A DNA stretch of 64,000 nt from a virus: IMG/VR virus record IMGVR_UViG_3300025108_004499. One strand, 5' to 3'. Under the pieces are notes generated by a model. It was not told the origin of the DNA. It did no database searches and worked only from the letters and a program-made list of their open reading frames with translations. The translations under genes were made by a program, and so were the position numbers. This document shows positions 47,574 through 57,832 of the stretch, piece after piece; positions within the stretch are counted from its first letter, which is position 1, and every line of letters starts with the position of its first letter.

Positions 47574-50245
47574 TATTCACCTCCAAAGTCAAACAAACTA
47601 TTGAACGTATTGTTCTGTTTAGTGTCTTCTAAATCATAGTTTAGAACACCAATTAGGTTATCTAGTTTGTTATCAATAATAGTTGCTTCCATAGCATCGC
47701 CATCAAATGGCAGTTCTTTGAACCATTCTGGAATACGCAATTCATCTGTAGGGTATGCAACACTTGTGTAACCTAGCGGATTTTGTTTTAGTTTGCATAC
47801 AATAACTTTCATACCGTCAACAATCTCTTGCGAGTACTTGTCACCATTCATACGTTTTAGTGTATTCCAATTAATACTTGCTCTAACATGCCCAGGCATG
47901 TTTGCTTTACCTTGCTTTTCTTCAAGACGTTGATAGTGTCCTACTTTGTTTGCACGTTTAGGTGCACCTTTTTCATAACCTGGACGTAGTTTAAACTCCT
48001 TACGAAATTGTGTAATACGATCTAATACTTTTCTTTCTTCAACATCAGTAAGTACCATAAGCAATAGCTCACTTAAGAACTCCTGCATAAACACAGGTGT
48101 ATCTGATCTACGCAAGTCTAAGCCCATTGCTTTTACTTTGCCTGGTTTACCATCTTCATCTGTTCTAAAGCCTTCGTTATCAATTACTAGTGCCGCATAA
48201 CGCTTCTTAGTAATATACAATCCGCTTTTTGCAACAATTTCTCTACCTGCGGCAATAACGTCTGCACGACTCTTTGGACAATGGAATGCTTGTAGCATAA
48301 AATCTATAAATGTACTGTCAACAGCATCACTTACTTGATCATAAAGTTTGATAGCGTTCTCAGTACTCCAAGGAATGTCTCCTTTATCAATACCTTCTTT
48401 AAGCATTGGGTAAGCACTAAAGTAAACAGAGTCTGTATCACCATATATAACAGCATCACCTACGTGATCATATGTACCTGTAATAACTTTGTTTGCTTCT
48501 GCACTCATATGCTTAACAATAGTACGACCTGACAGTGTTGTTGACTGTCCAATACGTTTGTCAAAGAATCTACAACCAGGATTAAGAATAGCACCATACA
48601 AACTGTTCAAGTTAATCTTTTTAACAAGTTGTCGCTTGTCCCAGTATTCAATCTCTGTAGCATTGCCGGCATCCTTAGCCTTCTTTAACATTGCTTGTAG
48701 TTCTTTACGTTCTGAATACCAACGTTTTAGTAGTCCGGGTATAACACCTTCGTGTTCTGTTGTAAAAATAGTACCGTTTGCACTAAGCATCCAAGGTTGA
48801 TTGCTATCAAATACAAGTTTATAAATCTCTGCACCTGATAATACATCACTTTGTCCGTTCTCCCAGTCAACAGTTAGTGCAGTATCACGTTTCTGTTCCA
48901 TAACTGCTTCATATTCTTCTGTAGCAAAACGTCCTTCCCAACTGCCTGCGAAACTTTTCTTCTTAAGACCCATATCTTCTTTTACACGAGCATCTGAAAC
49001 GTCTGGACGTAGTTGTCCAACAACTGTTGCTGGATCCATATTCAATGCACGAATAACACTAGGATACAGACTGTTCAAGTCCATACTAGCAATCCATTTG
49101 TGCAAGCCTTTTTTTGGAAATGCAACATAAGCACCTGCCGCTTGTGTGTTTTCTTCATCACGGTGCGGACGATTAGGTACTTGCATACCACGTCTGTGTG
49201 CTTCATTAACAATCGCTTGTTCTGTAACTGCGACAGCACCCATAGTGGTCTGTAGCAAAACAGTGTTTGCATGTGCAAGTTCGTTACTTAGATCAATAAA
49301 TCTTAGTTTTTTGTCCAGCTTGTCCAGTAGTGCGGTATCTTGTATGTTGTATTCGATGAACTTTCTAAAGTCATTGTTGTACAACTGGTCCAAAGTGCCT
49401 TCATAAGGGACCTTGTTCTCACCAACTTCGATTTCGCCAATGGCATCAAGTCTATATGTGTGTCTTTCTTCATATGTATATTTACGATATAATTCCAAAC
49501 TATCTAAATGCACTCTGCCTATTAGGTCAAAGGTAACAGCTGATTTACCATACTTTTCATATTCACGTTTCTTAGGAAGTTGACCCCACAAGCAGAATCT
49601 ACGTGTATCATCCTTGCTTAGTACACGGGCAGTTCTGTTTACAGTATACGGAATATCATAACCTTCACTGTTCCAACCTGATAAAATATCAGCGTCTTCA
49701 ATCAGCGTTAAGAAAGTGTCAATCATTTCACTTTCTTTTTCAACTAGCATTACATTATCAATGCCTTCAATTTCTTTTTTAGCCTGCTCCATAGTAAGTG
49801 TCTTAGGCGGCACAGCAATACAGATCATTGTTTCCATCCACTGTAAGTATACAGAGATACTTGTAATAGGCATAAACGGATCTGCAGGATCAGCAAAGCC
49901 ACGCTCTGGATCAAAGTCAGTCTCAATATCAAAGAATGCAATGTTTAGTTTAGGAGCATCTTGATTGAGATAGTTTTCACTCAAACATTGGAATATAGGA
50001 TTAATATCGCTTTCAAACATCTTCTTGCCTTTGTTAATAGCAAGTTCTTTACGAAACTCCTTTGTGTTCTTACACACAATTCTACTAATTGGATCGCCGT
50101 AGATGCTTTTAAATTTACCTCTTTGATCTTCATAATAAAATGTATACTTGATTGGATATTCAGTAAACTTTCTTTTGCCGTCTTTACGTTCTACAACACG
50201 TACAATGTCACTGTCTCTATCAAATAATGCGTCTACGTAACTCAA
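47573..50245 (-). CDS. polB: Family B DNA polymerase (gp43-like)
   Basis: Exo DIETD, GWNSEGYD and YNIQD; pol DLNSLYPS, K..LNSLYG, YGDTDS and KKRY. Confidence 0.95.
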   Translation of the reverse strand: MSYVDALFDRDSDIVRVVERKDGKRKFTEYPIKYTFYYEDQRGKFKSIYGDPISRIVCKNTKEFRKELAINKGKKMFESDINPIFQCLSENYLNQDAPKLNIAFFDIETDFDPERGFADPADPFMPITSISVYLQWMETMICIAVPPKTLTMEQAKKEIEGIDNVMLVEKESEMIDTFLTLIEDADILSGWNSEGYDIPYTVNRTARVLSKDDTRRFCLWGQLPKKREYEKYGKSAVTFDLIGRVHLDSLELYRKYTYEERHTYRLDAIGEIEVGENKVPYEGTLDQLYNNDFRKFIEYNIQDTALLDKLDKKLRFIDLSNELAHANTVLLQTTMGAVAVTEQAIVNEAHRRGMQVPNRPHRDEENTQAAGAYVAFPKKGLHKWIASMDLNSLYPSVIRALNMDPATVVGQLRPDVSDARVKEDMGLKKKSFAGSWEGRFATEEYEAVMEQKRDTALTVDWENGQSDVLSGAEIYKLVFDSNQPWMLSANGTIFTTEHEGVIPGLLKRWYSERKELQAMLKKAKDAGNATEIEYWDKRQLVKKINLNSLYGAILNPGCRFFDKRIGQSTTLSGRTIVKHMSAEANKVITGTYDHVGDAVIYGDTDSVYFSAYPMLKEGIDKGDIPWSTENAIKLYDQVSDAVDSTFIDFMLQAFHCPKSRADVIAAGREIVAKSGLYITKKRYAALVIDNEGFRTDEDGKPGKVKAMGLDLRRSDTPVFMQEFLSELLLMVLTDVEERKVLDRITQFRKEFKLRPGYEKGAPKRANKVGHYQRLEEKQGKANMPGHVRASINWNTLKRMNGDKYSQEIVDGMKVIVCKLKQNPLGYTSVAYPTDELRIPEWFKELPFDGDAMEATIIDNKLDNLIGVLNYDLEDTKQNNTFNSLFDFGGE

Positions 50246-50848
50246 TTAATTCTCCCTGTAAGTAATGTCATTAATGTTTCCTGCTAAAACATATCTTGTT
50301 GTGTTTACAGGATATACTTTATGATGTATGGTACTAGGAAACATGACTACCATATCATTATACACTGGTAAGTTGACTTCGTCAACCGGAAAGATTTCGT
50401 TTTTGGACTCCTGCATTTCAACAAACGTAAGTGGATTGTTACTTTCGCCTACATCTAAGTAGTAAACCCAACTGTAACGACTTAGTGTACCGTGTTCGTG
50501 TTGTGGACAACCTTGTCCGGGTAAGCTCTCTTGGAACCATACTTCTGCATCAATGTTTAATTGACTAGTTTCATGCCAAACTTGATCAGTTATAAACTTA
50601 GGACCCCTTGGACGTACAATATTATGGCAATACCATAAATGTATTTTGTCTAGTAAAGGACTAATTATATCGTGATCAAGATGTATTTCGTGGTTAGTCT
50701 TCCATGACTCAACAGTATATTGTTCTTCCTCTTTTAATTTAAGGAAATAATCAATAATAGGTTTTGTGGTTTGTTTAGTAAAGCCAAGCGGGCCATGTCT
50801 TATGGCGGTCGGCTGAGATATGTATAGTGTACTACAACTTAACTTCAT
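50246..50848 (-). CDS. Putative 2OG-Fe(II) oxygenase (TIGR02466-like)
   Basis: HEH...SWVYY...MFPS.IHH.V...RYVLAGN. Confidence 0.7.
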   Translation of the reverse strand: MKLSCSTLYISQPTAIRHGPLGFTKQTTKPIIDYFLKLKEEEQYTVESWKTNHEIHLDHDIISPLLDKIHLWYCHNIVRPRGPKFITDQVWHETSQLNIDAEVWFQESLPGQGCPQHEHGTLSRYSWVYYLDVGESNNPLTFVEMQESKNEIFPVDEVNLPVYNDMVVMFPSTIHHKVYPVNTTRYVLAGNINDITYREN

Positions 50849-50922
50849 TTTTTCCTACGTTGCTTATGGCCAACTTAACCTTCTACATGCCTGGCAATTG
50901 CCTTTGGCGTTACTATTATTTA

Positions 50923-51141
50923 TTAGAACAACAAGCCCGCAACGTAAATTACGGTTAATCCTGCGTTCATAACAATTAAACTTTTTTCTTTCCATAGGAC
51001 ACCAACAAGTATCCATAGACTATTACTAATAATGAATGCCCAAATGTACAAAGGGTAAACATTAAATGCGGCCAGTGTAGCGGCTGTCAGTAAACATACT
51101 GTAGCCACCCATGCTAGCCATTGATAGGGTTTTACCACCAT
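50923..51141 (-). CDS. Small membrane protein
   Basis: 72 aa, almost entirely hydrophobic (about 3 TM). Confidence 0.6.
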   Translation of the reverse strand: MVVKPYQWLAWVATVCLLTAATLAAFNVYPLYIWAFIISNSLWILVGVLWKEKSLIVMNAGLTVIYVAGLLF

Positions 51142-51413
51142 CCTGCGGCCACTCCATATCCAAATGTGTTAATAACAGCAAAGTATCCTGTTAGTAACAT
51201 AACCCATGCCGCGCCTCTGCGTACAGCCGCGTAGCATTGTGTAACCGATCCTACAAAAAAGAACGGATATATAATTAGCATGTTTGGATCTTTAGCATTA
51301 AATGCCAAAGTCAAACTTGCCATAACTGTAAATACGAAACTTATTAGTTCGAATCCAAAAGCAATCTTGTCGCTTTTATAACTATTGATCCAAAAATCTT
51401 TTACTTTTTGCAT
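51132..51413 (-). CDS. Small membrane protein
   Basis: 93 aa, about 3 TM. Confidence 0.6.
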   Translation of the reverse strand: MQKVKDFWINSYKSDKIAFGFELISFVFTVMASLTLAFNAKDPNMLIIYPFFFVGSVTQCYAAVRRGAAWVMLLTGYFAVINTFGYGVAAGWW

Positions 51414-51676
51414 TACGGCTTGTCTTTCCCTACAGTGACAACTAGTGTTTCTAAATCGTCAAACTCGTCAGCAACCTTTTCCCAATCACCTTTATGGGCA
51501 ACTTTAATTGCTTTGTTAATTAAACTTGGCTTAATGTCAAGTTCTTCTGCTACTGCTTTCACAGTTTCTTTAAGACCTGTGCTTAGATCTTCAATTTCTC
51601 TCATAACTGTAGCGCCTTCGTTAACCAAACGTTCTAGTTTAGCCTTCTCGTCGCCACCATATACTCTGTCGCTCAT
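51413..51676 (-). CDS. Putative dsDNA-binding protein (T4 DsbA/GapR-like)
   Basis: Helical EIEDL...LKE.VK..AEELDIKP..INKAIK pattern; own early promoter. Confidence 0.45.
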   Translation of the reverse strand: MSDRVYGGDEKAKLERLVNEGATVMREIEDLSTGLKETVKAVAEELDIKPSLINKAIKVAHKGDWEKVADEFDDLETLVVTVGKDKP

Positions 51677-51700
51677 AAGATTCTCCTTAGTTTATGTAGT

Positions 51701-51729
51701 ATTATACTATATTTTTAGGGTGTTGTCAA
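51701..51729 (-). promoter_or_regulatory. Consensus sigma70 promoter heading the DNA polymerase operon
   Basis: TTGACA-N17-TATAAT. Confidence 0.8.
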
Positions 51730-51744
51730 GTGTTATTTTACCAA

Positions 51745-52176
51745 TTATCTTGGAGGACAAATTTCAAAGCCGTTCATCTGCTTCTTGTATTCGTCTGCAT
51801 ATCCAACATATATGTACTTAACACCTTTGGCCTTGTAATACGCACATTCGTGGCGTAGGCTCTTTAGACCTAAGAATAACTTAGGGTTTTTGTAGTTCCA
51901 AGCAAACTGTATTGCTTCTACATTATCTGAATTATACCAATAATAGTGACTAAACGCAACTAGTTCTTTATTGCTGTAGTATCCAACTATATCACAATGC
52001 GGTGCACACAAGTCTTCGTTAAATAAAGGCATTACACTTTCAAACTGTTTGTACTTACAGTATTGATCGTATATTTCTTGTAGTTGTTCTACTGGCGGGT
52101 TATCAAACAGTACGGCTGATTTAGACATTCTATAGTTTGTTTTAGATAAATTAATTCTAGCATATATGTCACTCAC
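51745..52176 (-). CDS. Aminoacyl-tRNA-protein transferase (ATE/Bpt) C-terminal-like GNAT protein
   Basis: Y..Y...LVAFS...FAWNY..PKL.LG..SL.HECA..K..G.KYIY.G....YK resembles the ATE_C motif. Confidence 0.5.
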   Translation of the reverse strand: MSDIYARINLSKTNYRMSKSAVLFDNPPVEQLQEIYDQYCKYKQFESVMPLFNEDLCAPHCDIVGYYSNKELVAFSHYYWYNSDNVEAIQFAWNYKNPKLFLGLKSLRHECAYYKAKGVKYIYVGYADEYKKQMNGFEICPPR

Positions 52177-52669
52177 GATTTTGCACCTCTTGTTTGTATT
52201 CTTTAGTCCAATTCTTATAATAGTCTTTCTTTTCTAACCATTCCCTCGCTGTTTCTAGTTTTTCTTTTGGTTGCAAAAGAACAAGAGCATATGTGCCATG
52301 GTTTAATTTTATATCTTGTACTTCCTCTACTTCAAGAGGATGATCTTCAAGTGCTACATAACCTCTACGGTCAAGCATAGGCTTTGTGTCATCTATAATA
52401 TTACTTAGTTGTTCAGGAGTAATTCGGTCATAATCAAAGCCTAGTATAACTACTTCTTTACCTTTAGGCCAATGATATGTATAATTTTCTATTTCTGCTC
52501 GTACCCAGGTATTAATTTCAAATGAACCGTCGAGCCAATGTGTGTGTACAGCATTATCTTGCCATGCCTTTTTAGCATACGGACATGGAGGTAGGTTATT
52601 AAATGTTTTTGATGGTTTGCTTAATACGTTTTGTATCCAATCATCTATCGATGACTTGAAACTTTGCAT
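52169..52669 (-). CDS. Hypothetical protein (DUF1415-like)
   Basis: NLPPCPYA...DHP...YY..W. Confidence 0.45.
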   Translation of the reverse strand: MQSFKSSIDDWIQNVLSKPSKTFNNLPPCPYAKKAWQDNAVHTHWLDGSFEINTWVRAEIENYTYHWPKGKEVVILGFDYDRITPEQLSNIIDDTKPMLDRRGYVALEDHPLEVEEVQDIKLNHGTYALVLLQPKEKLETAREWLEKKDYYKNWTKEYKQEVQNRE

Positions 52670-52675
52670 GGCATA

Positions 52676-53692
52676 TTAGGCCTTAACGCATTTGTTAACA
52701 CGTTTGCCTGCGTTCTTACCAGTACCTTTTTGTGTTCCAGCTCTCTTATAGCCTTTCCAACATTTATCAGGACCAGCTACTTCATCTAGCTCTGCTTCTG
52801 ATAAACCTAATGTTGTGTAACTTGGGTTACCACAATCTGTACAATTAGCTTCTACAGATTCTTTTGCAGTCTTAGCCGCATTTTTCCAATCTTGTGGACT
52901 AGGTGCATCTGGATGATCTGCTGATCTGCTTGTGCCGGCTTTTTTACGTTTATTCACATAGTAGTATAAGCCTTTTTTCTTCTTTGCTTCTTCTAACTTT
53001 TGTGCTAGAGTATCTACATATGATTCATCTTTTTTTGTAGGTTGTTTTTTACCTTTATATTCGTATCTATCGTCGCCATCTTTCCAACGTTTGTATGCAG
53101 GTGTATTTGCTTTTTCGTCTGCTGGACTAATCTGCATCTTTTCTTTAGATTCTGCTTCAACAAATACTTGTACCATATCGTCGCCGTTGTTAAGGCCACC
53201 TTTTTTAACTTTTACGTTTGCTTTGCCATATTCTTTTTCAGCTTCTGCTGGAGACATACTAGTTTGCTTCCAACGTTTTTCTGCTTCTTTAATGTCTGCT
53301 TTTTTAGGCTTGTCGTGTGTCCAACCTTTTTTAGCCATGTCTTTATGATCTTGCTCTTTATTGGCTTTCTTGCCTTCACCTGTCTTAGGATCATACATCA
53401 TGTGTGGTTCAAATTTGTCAGCTTTTTTAGATTCAGATACTTCGTCAAATTTCATTTCATAATCTAAATGATGATATACACTACCTAAATAGTCTGCGGC
53501 TTTAGTAATCTTTGCTTGTACCCAGCCTTCAAGTCCTTGTTCTTCACTTACGCCTTTAAGCATTTCGTGTAGTTTAATACCGTACTTGGCAACTTTGTAT
53601 AGATCGCCTCTAGCCATTTGCACTTCGTGATCTCTTTCAACCTTGTATGCCATGTCAGCTAAACCGTTTTCTTTTAAGTCTTTTTCTCTCAT
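52676..53692 (-). CDS. Modular Lys/Glu-rich protein, probable head internal protein
   Basis: Short charged modules separated by Glu sites (DHEVQMAR...WVQAKIT; HMMYDPKTG; CWKGYK...CVK). Confidence 0.5.
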   Translation of the reverse strand: MREKDLKENGLADMAYKVERDHEVQMARGDLYKVAKYGIKLHEMLKGVSEEQGLEGWVQAKITKAADYLGSVYHHLDYEMKFDEVSESKKADKFEPHMMYDPKTGEGKKANKEQDHKDMAKKGWTHDKPKKADIKEAEKRWKQTSMSPAEAEKEYGKANVKVKKGGLNNGDDMVQVFVEAESKEKMQISPADEKANTPAYKRWKDGDDRYEYKGKKQPTKKDESYVDTLAQKLEEAKKKKGLYYYVNKRKKAGTSRSADHPDAPSPQDWKNAAKTAKESVEANCTDCGNPSYTTLGLSEAELDEVAGPDKCWKGYKRAGTQKGTGKNAGKRVNKCVKA

Positions 53693-53701
53693 CGTGTTAT
53701 C

Positions 53702-54043
53702 CTATTTTTTTCTTTTGACTGTTTTACCACCAAAAACATTATCTGTAATGTCTAGTCCGTTCTTTGCAGTACCGTCTTTGTTTAGTGCTTGTTTTGCTTT
53801 TGGTACACCGTTTTTATCACGCTTTATTTTTCCGTATGCATGTGGTGGATTAGCAACAGATGCTATATTCCCTGCACTAGTAGAACCTGTTGTAGCAAAT
53901 TCTTTTATTGATTCTTTATTCTTAGAATGACAGTCGCAATGCTTACAGTCAGGACCACATGTACATTCTGTTACAGGAACCCCACAACAGTCTTTTGAGC
54001 ACATCTCTACTTTTTCTTCTCTAAATAGTTCTCTTATTAACAT
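53702..54043 (-). CDS. Hypothetical protein with Cys-rich segment, probable internal protein
   Basis: MLIRELF N-terminus; CCG...CTCGPDCKHCDC. Confidence 0.55.
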   Translation of the reverse strand: MLIRELFREEKVEMCSKDCCGVPVTECTCGPDCKHCDCHSKNKESIKEFATTGSTSAGNIASVANPPHAYGKIKRDKNGVPKAKQALNKDGTAKNGLDITDNVFGGKTVKRKK

Positions 54044-54069
54044 GTTAGTATTTACCTTTTTTCTACTTG

Positions 54070-55659
54070 TTATTTTTTCTTACCGGACTTCATATTTGCA
54101 CACCAATGATACATTTTAGCACGTTCACCACTTGCATTCTTTGCTTTTTTACGTAGCTCAGTTACACTACCATTGCAACTAGCACCTGACTTTTTTACTC
54201 TACCAGGTCTGCTTTTACCACTCTTCTTGCCATCTGCAAAATTTTCTAATAAGTCTAATACTTGATCAGTAGTATAAAGTCCGCTTATAAGAGCTTCTTT
54301 TGCCATTTTAGTAGCAGTTGCATACATAACAGCATCAGCATCTTTGCCGTAACGTTTTTTAAAGTCGCCTTTATTCTTCTTCATACCCTTGACGTTTTTT
54401 TCTTTTTTCTTTTCTTCGCCTTTGGTAAGTGTACGTTCTTCCATATTTTGATATTCTTTTTCTAGTTCAGCTAATTCTTTTTCTAGATTATCTAAATCAT
54501 TTTTATCAGGTTCAAAGTCATTGAATAATTTTTTCAAGTCTTTTTCATCTTTTGCTTTTACTAATTCGTCATAAAGTTTTTTCCCGCCATATAATGCAAC
54601 TGCAATAGCCACAGCAGGCATACCGTATTTTGCTAAACTTTTTACTACAGGATGATTAAAGAATTTTTCAAGCCAAGCCAGAGCATCACCGATCCATTTA
54701 AATGTTTTCCATGATACAGTTAAGAATGCTAATGCCCATTTGTTCTGCCAAAACCATTTAATTATTTTTAATATGTAACTACCATGTTTTAAAAATTTAA
54801 AGTATTGAATGTATTCATTTAATTGCGTATTTTCTGCAACAGGTTCTTTCATATGTTGTTGTATTGCTTTTGCAGTACGTTCGAACTTATGATCTTTGTG
54901 TTTAAAGCCTTCACCACCAGCCGCTTCCCAACTAGCAATGTTTTTTCCAAAGTCATCGATTAAAATGTTTGGTGTACCATCGCTGTTAACAGCATACTTA
55001 GGTTTGTCATGTGTAATGATAACATTCTCTGGTGGAAAGAAGTCTAAATTATTTTTAATCCATTCACGTTTGTGTGGTTCTGAATTAGGATCGTTTGGTA
55101 GTGGACTACTTAGAATAGTATAACTACCTTTGACTTTTTTAATAACACCTAGCAAGTTTTTTGCTTGTGGTAGTAATGGTAAGTCTAACCAAAAATTATC
55201 TTTATCTCTAATCTTTTGTAGTGCAGGTTCAATGTCTTTTACTTTACGCCAGTCACTGCCTATTAACTTTTGCCATTCTCCAAAGAAGTCTGCTAATACG
55301 CCATCCATGTCTACGTATACTTTACTTGTACTTGCTAATTCGCCCAAATTTTCTGCCATCTTACTATAGTATAGCATACTTTCATCAGTGTTGTCAACCG
55401 ATTCTGCAAGGCCTAGATTGAATAATACATTGGTTTTGGAGCCTTTTACCTTTTTTGATAGTGTAGGTGGGCGTCCATCTTTGTCTACTTTGTTACCAAA
55501 CTTAGCGGCTTGCTTCTTAATAGCATCTACACCAACATCTGCTGTAGTATTGACACCTTTTACAACACGGCCACCGTGTTCTTGTATCTGAAGGAAGTGT
55601 TTGAAACTGCCTGGCTTAGGAACTTTGTTTTCAATATCTTTTAAATTATGATACTTCAT
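54070..55659 (-). CDS. Multidomain protein with HAD 5'(3')-deoxyribonucleotidase-like domain
   Basis: VYVDMDGVLADF, ILSSP, K..W and ILIDD..KNI..W..AGG, followed by hydrophobic helices and basic modules. Confidence 0.7.
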   Translation of the reverse strand: MKYHNLKDIENKVPKPGSFKHFLQIQEHGGRVVKGVNTTADVGVDAIKKQAAKFGNKVDKDGRPPTLSKKVKGSKTNVLFNLGLAESVDNTDESMLYYSKMAENLGELASTSKVYVDMDGVLADFFGEWQKLIGSDWRKVKDIEPALQKIRDKDNFWLDLPLLPQAKNLLGVIKKVKGSYTILSSPLPNDPNSEPHKREWIKNNLDFFPPENVIITHDKPKYAVNSDGTPNILIDDFGKNIASWEAAGGEGFKHKDHKFERTAKAIQQHMKEPVAENTQLNEYIQYFKFLKHGSYILKIIKWFWQNKWALAFLTVSWKTFKWIGDALAWLEKFFNHPVVKSLAKYGMPAVAIAVALYGGKKLYDELVKAKDEKDLKKLFNDFEPDKNDLDNLEKELAELEKEYQNMEERTLTKGEEKKKEKNVKGMKKNKGDFKKRYGKDADAVMYATATKMAKEALISGLYTTDQVLDLLENFADGKKSGKSRPGRVKKSGASCNGSVTELRKKAKNASGERAKMYHWCANMKSGKKK

Positions 55660-55865
55660 TTTTTCCGTCCTCTAAAACCACCACCAGTCATGTGTGGTAA
55701 ACTAAACCAAAGTTTGAACCAGTCTTCGTCACCTGGTTTGATATTTTTTTTCTTCTCTATCTTACGTTTTTCACTAGCAGTCTTACTAATGTTTTCAAGA
55801 GTATATTCAGTATAACCTTTATACTCATTGACACCTGCAAGTTCTTTTAAACGTTCAATATCCAT
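55656..55865 (-). CDS. Hypothetical protein
   Basis: MDIERLKELAGV...IKPG.E.WFKLWF. Confidence 0.55.
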   Translation of the reverse strand: MDIERLKELAGVNEYKGYTEYTLENISKTASEKRKIEKKKNIKPGDEDWFKLWFSLPHMTGGGFRGRKK

Positions 55866-55866
55866 A

Positions 55867-56778
55867 TTAGTCAGCTCGCCTAATATCGTGTTTAATATCT
55901 AATTGAGTAAACAACTTTGATGTTGTTTCAATGCTTGTAAGCATTTTTTTAATTCTATCTAAATGGTCTGGGTTGTCTTCAACTTTTTGTCTAAACTTAT
56001 TAGCCGCTTCAGGTTTAATAAACAACAGTCTACCACTCCATGCCGCACCTTTTCTGTAAAAACTTAAAAAATGTTCTTTACCATCTACTCTATCTGCAAT
56101 CCAATCTAATACTTTCATTTTATTTGGATCTTGTTCTTTGATACTGCCATTGTCTGTGCTTTTAAAAAATTTATATTCGCCTAGATCTTCTTCTGATACA
56201 CTATCGTTAACAACATTAACACCCATACCTGATCTAACCTTGTTAAACATCATTTGTGCAAGTCTTTCATCACCTGCAACACCTTGTTTAAAAGTTTCAA
56301 AGTCGTCGTCAACTGCCGCGGCTTTAAGTTTACTTGCACTCATACCTTCAGCACCTTCTGCATCAGGATCACGTTCGCCTGCACTTACAACATCAATATT
56401 ATCAAACTCATAATCTTTGCCGTTATACTTATTAAGTAGTTTTGTAAATGATTCAACTCTATCACTACCTGCTATATATACAACTTCGTTATAACCTTGA
56501 GATTGTAAATGTTGCATTGCTTGAATAATTGTTTTTACATCTTTGTTGCCTACTATTATATCAGAACCAAAACTCTTTTGTGCAAAGAAAACCTTTTCTG
56601 CAAATGATAGTGGATCTGTTTTAGGCTTTTGTGTATGACTTAAAAATAAAAAATGGTCTCCAGGATATCCTGCCATCTTGTCTACAAGTTTTTTGTGTCC
56701 AATGGTTGGAGGATTCATTCTACCAAAAGCAAATACTGCTATTTTGCCGTCAGCTTCAAATAGTTCTCTGAGATGCAT
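55867..56778 (-). CDS. Cytidyltransferase-like nucleotidyltransferase (HxGH family)
   Basis: FGRMNPPTIGH, DPLSF..K, AGSDRV and SAGERDPDAEG..GMSASK. Confidence 0.75.
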   Translation of the reverse strand: MHLRELFEADGKIAVFAFGRMNPPTIGHKKLVDKMAGYPGDHFLFLSHTQKPKTDPLSFAEKVFFAQKSFGSDIIVGNKDVKTIIQAMQHLQSQGYNEVVYIAGSDRVESFTKLLNKYNGKDYEFDNIDVVSAGERDPDAEGAEGMSASKLKAAAVDDDFETFKQGVAGDERLAQMMFNKVRSGMGVNVVNDSVSEEDLGEYKFFKSTDNGSIKEQDPNKMKVLDWIADRVDGKEHFLSFYRKGAAWSGRLLFIKPEAANKFRQKVEDNPDHLDRIKKMLTSIETTSKLFTQLDIKHDIRRAD

Positions 56779-57094
56779 CTAGTTCTTCCTTAGGATTTCT
56801 TTCGTGATCTAATACCATATGTGCTAAGTCTGCTTTTTCTTGTGCATTCATAAGCTCTTCAGGTAGTTTATTAAGGTCGTACTTTAAACAATAATGATTT
56901 AATGCCTTATCACACAAAGGCATAATATGTCCTTGGATTACTTTTTCGTTAGTTTCACTTTTCATTTTATCCATACATGGCATGTAATGTTTGCGATAAA
57001 ATTCTTCATCATTTATCATATGAAAATGTACATCGTCAATGACATTAAACGGCATTGAGTCTTGTTTCATATCAAATATTTCTCTTAGTAACAT
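56756..57094 (-). CDS. Hypothetical protein
   Basis: MLLREIF N-terminus; AAGGA SD. Confidence 0.55.
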   Translation of the reverse strand: MLLREIFDMKQDSMPFNVIDDVHFHMINDEEFYRKHYMPCMDKMKSETNEKVIQGHIMPLCDKALNHYCLKYDLNKLPEELMNAQEKADLAHMVLDHERNPKEELDASQRTI

Positions 57095-57103
57095 ATTACT
57101 TCC

Positions 57104-57811
57104 TTACCATTTACGGCATGACCAATAACGTGCCTTAGTACGTGGTCCTGGATTATCACAGTTGTGTCTTGCTCTAAAGCTCTTACGTCTTGCAGGGTTA
57201 GACTTTTTAATCTTCATTGCTTTACCTTTAACACTTGATCCGCCGTGTCCAAAGTTTACTTTTTTTACATTACCTGTTTTAGGATCTTTTACGTATACTT
57301 TAAACTTCTTAACGTCACCTTGCATAGGCTTACCAAGTTTAACTTTACGCCCTTGGTACTCTGCTTCGTCCATGATTTCATCTTCATTGTACCACATTTC
57401 GCCATACGCTTCGTAGAAGTCATCATCGTCATCATATGTTTCGTCAATACTTGCACCAGCAAGTTCTTTCATTCTATCAAGTTCTTCGTTATCGGGTACA
57501 GCACTTGCCATTTCTTTACAATCTGAGCATCTGCCATGTCCTTGATAGACATCCATAATAGGTGCGCCACAGCAATTACTTACCATGCCTTCTTCATTTT
57601 CGTCGCCTGGTGAGTATGCTTCTTTTGTCTTTTCAGCTTTACTGTATTTGTCTTTGATGCGTCCTAATTCTTCTTGACTAGCACCTTCACGTCCTGCTTT
57701 AGCGGCTTTTTTCATATATTCTTTACCGTGCTTTTTCACACCAGTATAGTATTGTAAGCCTGATTCGTTTGTTTCGGCTTCTAATAAGTAGTCTTTAAAT
57801 GTTTTTGTCAT
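57104..57811 (-). CDS. Modular probable head internal protein
   Basis: MTKTFKDYLLE N-terminus; C-terminal EAEYQGRKV...KKVNFG...RKSFRARHNC...YWSC module. Confidence 0.55.
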   Translation of the reverse strand: MTKTFKDYLLEAETNESGLQYYTGVKKHGKEYMKKAAKAGREGASQEELGRIKDKYSKAEKTKEAYSPGDENEEGMVSNCCGAPIMDVYQGHGRCSDCKEMASAVPDNEELDRMKELAGASIDETYDDDDDFYEAYGEMWYNEDEIMDEAEYQGRKVKLGKPMQGDVKKFKVYVKDPKTGNVKKVNFGHGGSSVKGKAMKIKKSNPARRKSFRARHNCDNPGPRTKARYWSCRKW

Positions 57812-57832
57812 GCGTCAACACCTTTACGTTGT

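Noticed and set aside
47573-50245. Intein or intron in DNA polymerase
   Set aside because: 890 aa with normally spaced motifs; no intein or homing-endonuclease signature seen.
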